Shown here: positions 60,408 through 64,000 of the stretch, piece after piece
Numbering within the stretch: the stretch's first letter is position 1
Layout of the letters: every line of letters starts with the position of its first letter
DNA from: Podarcis cretensis
Taxonomy: Eukaryota
Assembly (NCBI GenBank): GCA_951804945.1
Contig: OX638151.1
Location: 62,744,001 to 62,808,000 of the forward strand
DNA length: 64,000 nucleotides
Direction: 5' to 3'
The notes under the pieces: generated by a model
What the model saw: the letters and a program-made list of their open reading frames with translations, nothing else
Told to the model about the DNA's origin: nothing
Database searches by the model: none
Translations under genes and position numbers: made by a program

Positions 60408-62036
60408 AAAACCATGGGCGGAGATGCCCATGGACTTGGTGACTCGGTGGGCACCGTTTGCGCCCCCCCGACCCGCGAAGGAGCCTTTTTAAAGGCTGCG
60501 GAGCGGGTGACGGGGGGTGTGTGGTGCTGTGAGTCCAATGCTTCCCCTGCCCAGCGAAGCCGCATGCCATTCGGCGGAGAGCAACGACTTCTTCTTTGAA
60601 AATTTTGGATTTGGACTAAAAGGAACAACCCGTGAGTAAATTGATTGGACTTAAAAGGGAAATTTGATCTTTGAATTTGGAGCGAGCAGGGGGGGTGCAA
60701 AAAGGAAGTCCACCCCCCCCCCCCATTGTAGATGGCTCAACGCAAGGATTTGACAACTAAGATCGAGAGATGAACTTGTTTACCTGAAAAAAATTTTTAA
60801 CTTCACGAAGGGAAATTACAATAATTGTGCTGGAGGAGAAGACTGATTTGTGGGAACTAAAATGCAACCCCCCCGGGAACCGGGAACGATCCGCTATGAG
60901 AGACTGGTGAAGAGACACAGAAACTTTGACAGCTGTCAAAGTAGCTGTCAAAGCAGGAAAATAAAAGAGAACTTTGTTACGATGGCTTTGCTGGTTAGAT
61001 TTGTTACAATTTGGACATAAATTATTGGAAATAAAGGCAACAAGTTATTTGACTTTTGGGTCTGATTTTGAAAGAAATTAAGTTACCATATTCCCTCTAG
61101 AGGGAGGCTGGGACATTGCAACAGTAGCAGCAAGTGGAAAAATATTATGAATTTGAGCAGGATCTGTTATCTCTTGGGAAAGCTGCAAAAACGAAGCATT
61201 ATTTTGTCTACAGAGGTTTCTATACTAAAGGAGACAATGGATTTATCTATTGAAGAAAGGAAGGGACTTGACGCAAGTTATGTTCCTGAACAACAAAAGC
61301 CTCTGTGGAGAACAAGAAGTTTCTGAATTAGAAGGTTTCTGCAGCAGAACAGGAAAAAGCAACCTGAGGAATAAGAGCTGGACCAAATTTGAAGCCGGAG
61401 TATTTGGAACATCCAGACTTTAAAAGGACCAAGAAATAGAATTTAAGTTAGACTCTTAAACATAGAGGTCTGGATGGAAGAACAATGACTTTTTCTGAGA
61501 GTTTTTTCGAGATTGGACTTTCTGAAATTAAAAGCTATCAAAAGACGGCAAAGTGGAGTTGAGATATAGACGTGGATACACCAGGCTGGCAGTAGACAAT
61601 GGATGAACTTTGGGGATTGGAACCGGGGAATGGGGGGGGGGAGATTTGGAATCCAAAGGCTGTAAAATTATATATTATTTCTTTCTTTTCTTTTTTCATG
61701 TTTGTTGTTTGAAAATAGGGGAATTCGTGGAAGGGAAATGGGGTCGATCTTAGGGAATTATATAAAATATAAGGAGAAATGGTTCATTAAGATAAATAAG
61801 ATAAATTAATTTGGAATAAATGGGTTATTTAAAATTACAAATAAGGTTTTAAAATTTGGGGTAAGAATCTGTGGAATCAATTTAAGGGAAATGGAATACA
61901 AGAGGGGGAGGGGGGGGAGTCCGGGAAAGATGCCACTGAAACCAAGTGTAAATCATATTTGTTTTTTCTTTCTTTCTTGCTATCTTTCCTTTTTATTCTG
62001 GAAAATTTTTAATAAATATTATTTAAAAAAAAAAAA
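60408..62036 (+). mobile_element. Slightly 5'-truncated non-autonomous retroposon, probably L1-mobilised (element C, decayed ORF)
   Basis: Colinear with element B from hairpin 3 onward. Poly(A). 18-bp TSD AAGAAGGAGCCAGACAGT at 60390-60407 and 62037-62054. Confidence 0.9.
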
Positions 62037-64000
62037 AAGAAGGAGCCAGACAGTGGCTCCTTCTCAAAGAGAAATAGATGTCCTGCTTCTGAACTTTTTA
62101 TTCATGTAAATGTTGCCAGTGTAGAATCTGTTCCACATCTTCCCAGCATATTAACTTAACAAGACAGTGTGAGCTGTGGGTCAGGAAAGGCCCTAGTTCA
62201 AATTTCACCTCAACAACAAACTCTTAATCAGTAGATAAGATGTGCAATCCCTATCCATAGAAACAGAACCTTGCAGAACACCTTTCCCCATATGAGATCT
62301 GATCATCTCCTATGTCCAGCAATCCAAAGGATGGCTATTAGAGAAGAGCCTTTTCAGGAGTGGACCTCCTGTCTATAGAAGCTCTCCTGCAGTTGACCTG
62401 GACATATTTTTGGTGTCATGCAAAATTCTTCTTCTCCCAGGCATTTGAGGGTATTTCAGGGGTGCTTGAGTTTATGTTGGAGAGTGAGTAGAGGGATTGG
62501 TTTTATAGTTTGGCAGCTTCTCATCTGTATTGTATCAGTTTTAAACATCGCTCTGGTGTTGGGAGAAATTTCCACTAAAATGCTGGTGCATTTTTCATGA
62601 AGACTTTGTTTTTTTTAAAAAGCATTGCAAGCTGAAGTGGAAATGTGAACAACTGAGCTTATGATTGGAAAAATGAGACTGACAGAAGCTGAAAGTGACA
62701 GATTTGCCCACCCCTACACAGGACCAGAAATCCTCTTCTAGACTGGGAATGAAGAACCAATACCAACTGTAATGACATGCTTAGCCGTATAGCCTCTGAC
62801 CACAATACAGCTCCCTCCTTTCTTTCTAGGTCATCACTTACTAGTACTGGCACACAGGCAGCTTTATGAAATGGAAGCAAACAGTGTGAGAAGGGCAAAT
62901 TGGTCAAGGGAGTTAAAGTTCATTTTAGTTAACCTTATGTAATGTGTTGTCCATTGAATACAAAATATTGGATTTGGATGTGGGCAATTCAGGCTCAGAT
63001 TCCAAATCAGTCACAGCTTCACAGGGTAGGAAAATGACTGACACTTTAAATATATATATATATAAAACATTTTTTAACAGATCTATCAGGGAGGTAACCC
63101 TGAAAAACTCTGGCGCAGCAATCTCCTTCTGACATAATACATGCTTTCGTATGTGACCATAGATCTAATAATTTAAAACAATGCAGTGCGAGAATCAGCT
63201 CTTGAACTAACCTAGCCATGCAACTGTAGTAGACTGAATATTTTAGAGGGAAAGCATTTTGATGCTGTAGCCTCTTGATTAACCAGAAAGAATAGTTCTA
63301 AGAAAGGCAATCTTTTATTAAAGCCTTCAATTTGTGATAGTTATGAACTGTTGTTTTCCACGCCAGACTATCTGTTCTAGACAAGATAGATATGAGAGGA
63401 TTATTTTCAAAAGGGTGTTTTAAAAGAGAGTGTCTCTTTCATTATTGAGACTACTAGTATTTTTGTATTCAGGCAGAACAGTACAGGAGTGGTTATAACT
63501 GATTTGTGAATATTAAAAATAGAGGCACATGGATGTTGGGACAGATGCATTTTGATTTTCTGTAGTTCTAAATCAAGAAATGCAGCAACTTTTTAAAAAG
63601 TCACATACTTACGTTGCTATATTTTTTATCATTAAGGAACAGGCATTCATATGACAGATAACTCAAGATTCCACTGACCTTGGCAGCATTCTAGAGCAAT
63701 CAGTCAAGAGATAAGCATGCAATGTTCTTGAACAATTGCCTTAGGCATTGAACATACTTTCTTCAATAGTAGGCTAAAGCATGTTTTTGTTCCTTCCCTT
63801 ATTTTGAACATGGACTTTTTCTAGCTTACTGGAAAATGTCATGCTTTATGTTCTACCCCCCCCCCCCCAAAAAAAAAAAAAAAAATTCAGATCTCCAAGT
63901 ATTTAATAATATTCTGCAAAGGTGGTATCTCTACTCCTGTTTTAGCTGGTTGTATCTTTTAAAACAAGCAGAGAATCTGTAGACCTCCATATGTTGCTGG

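Noticed and set aside
1-64000. CRISPR arrays, operons or other prokaryotic/viral systems
   Set aside because: No regularly spaced repeat-spacer array or dense gene packing; the sequence is vertebrate repeat-rich DNA.

Overview
This is eukaryotic, repeat-rich, non-coding DNA, intronic or intergenic. The SINE, LINE and MITE families point to a squamate reptile, most likely a lacertid lizard (inference). No host protein-coding exon could be confidently recognised, and most short ORFs in the track are noise. Repeats present: tRNA-derived SINEs (Sauria/Squam1, Squam3, Squam2-like), L2 and CR1 LINE fragments including one young 5'-truncated L2 with an open RT frame, an L1 3' fragment, Tigger/mariner, hAT and Harbinger-like MITEs, and microsatellites. 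Two things stand out. (1) Two diverged ~825-bp solo LTRs (TGTCAG...CTGACA, 5-bp TSDs) each carry an uninterrupted, equal-length 232-codon sense ORF filling most of the LTR. (2) Four insertions of short non-autonomous, probably L1-mobilised retroposons have clear TSDs. Three of them share a 5' RNA structure with compensatory base changes but carry different coding cargo: L1 ORF1 plus an ORF2 tip, an intact unrecognised 190-aa ORF, or a decayed copy of that ORF. All alignments and counts were done by eye.
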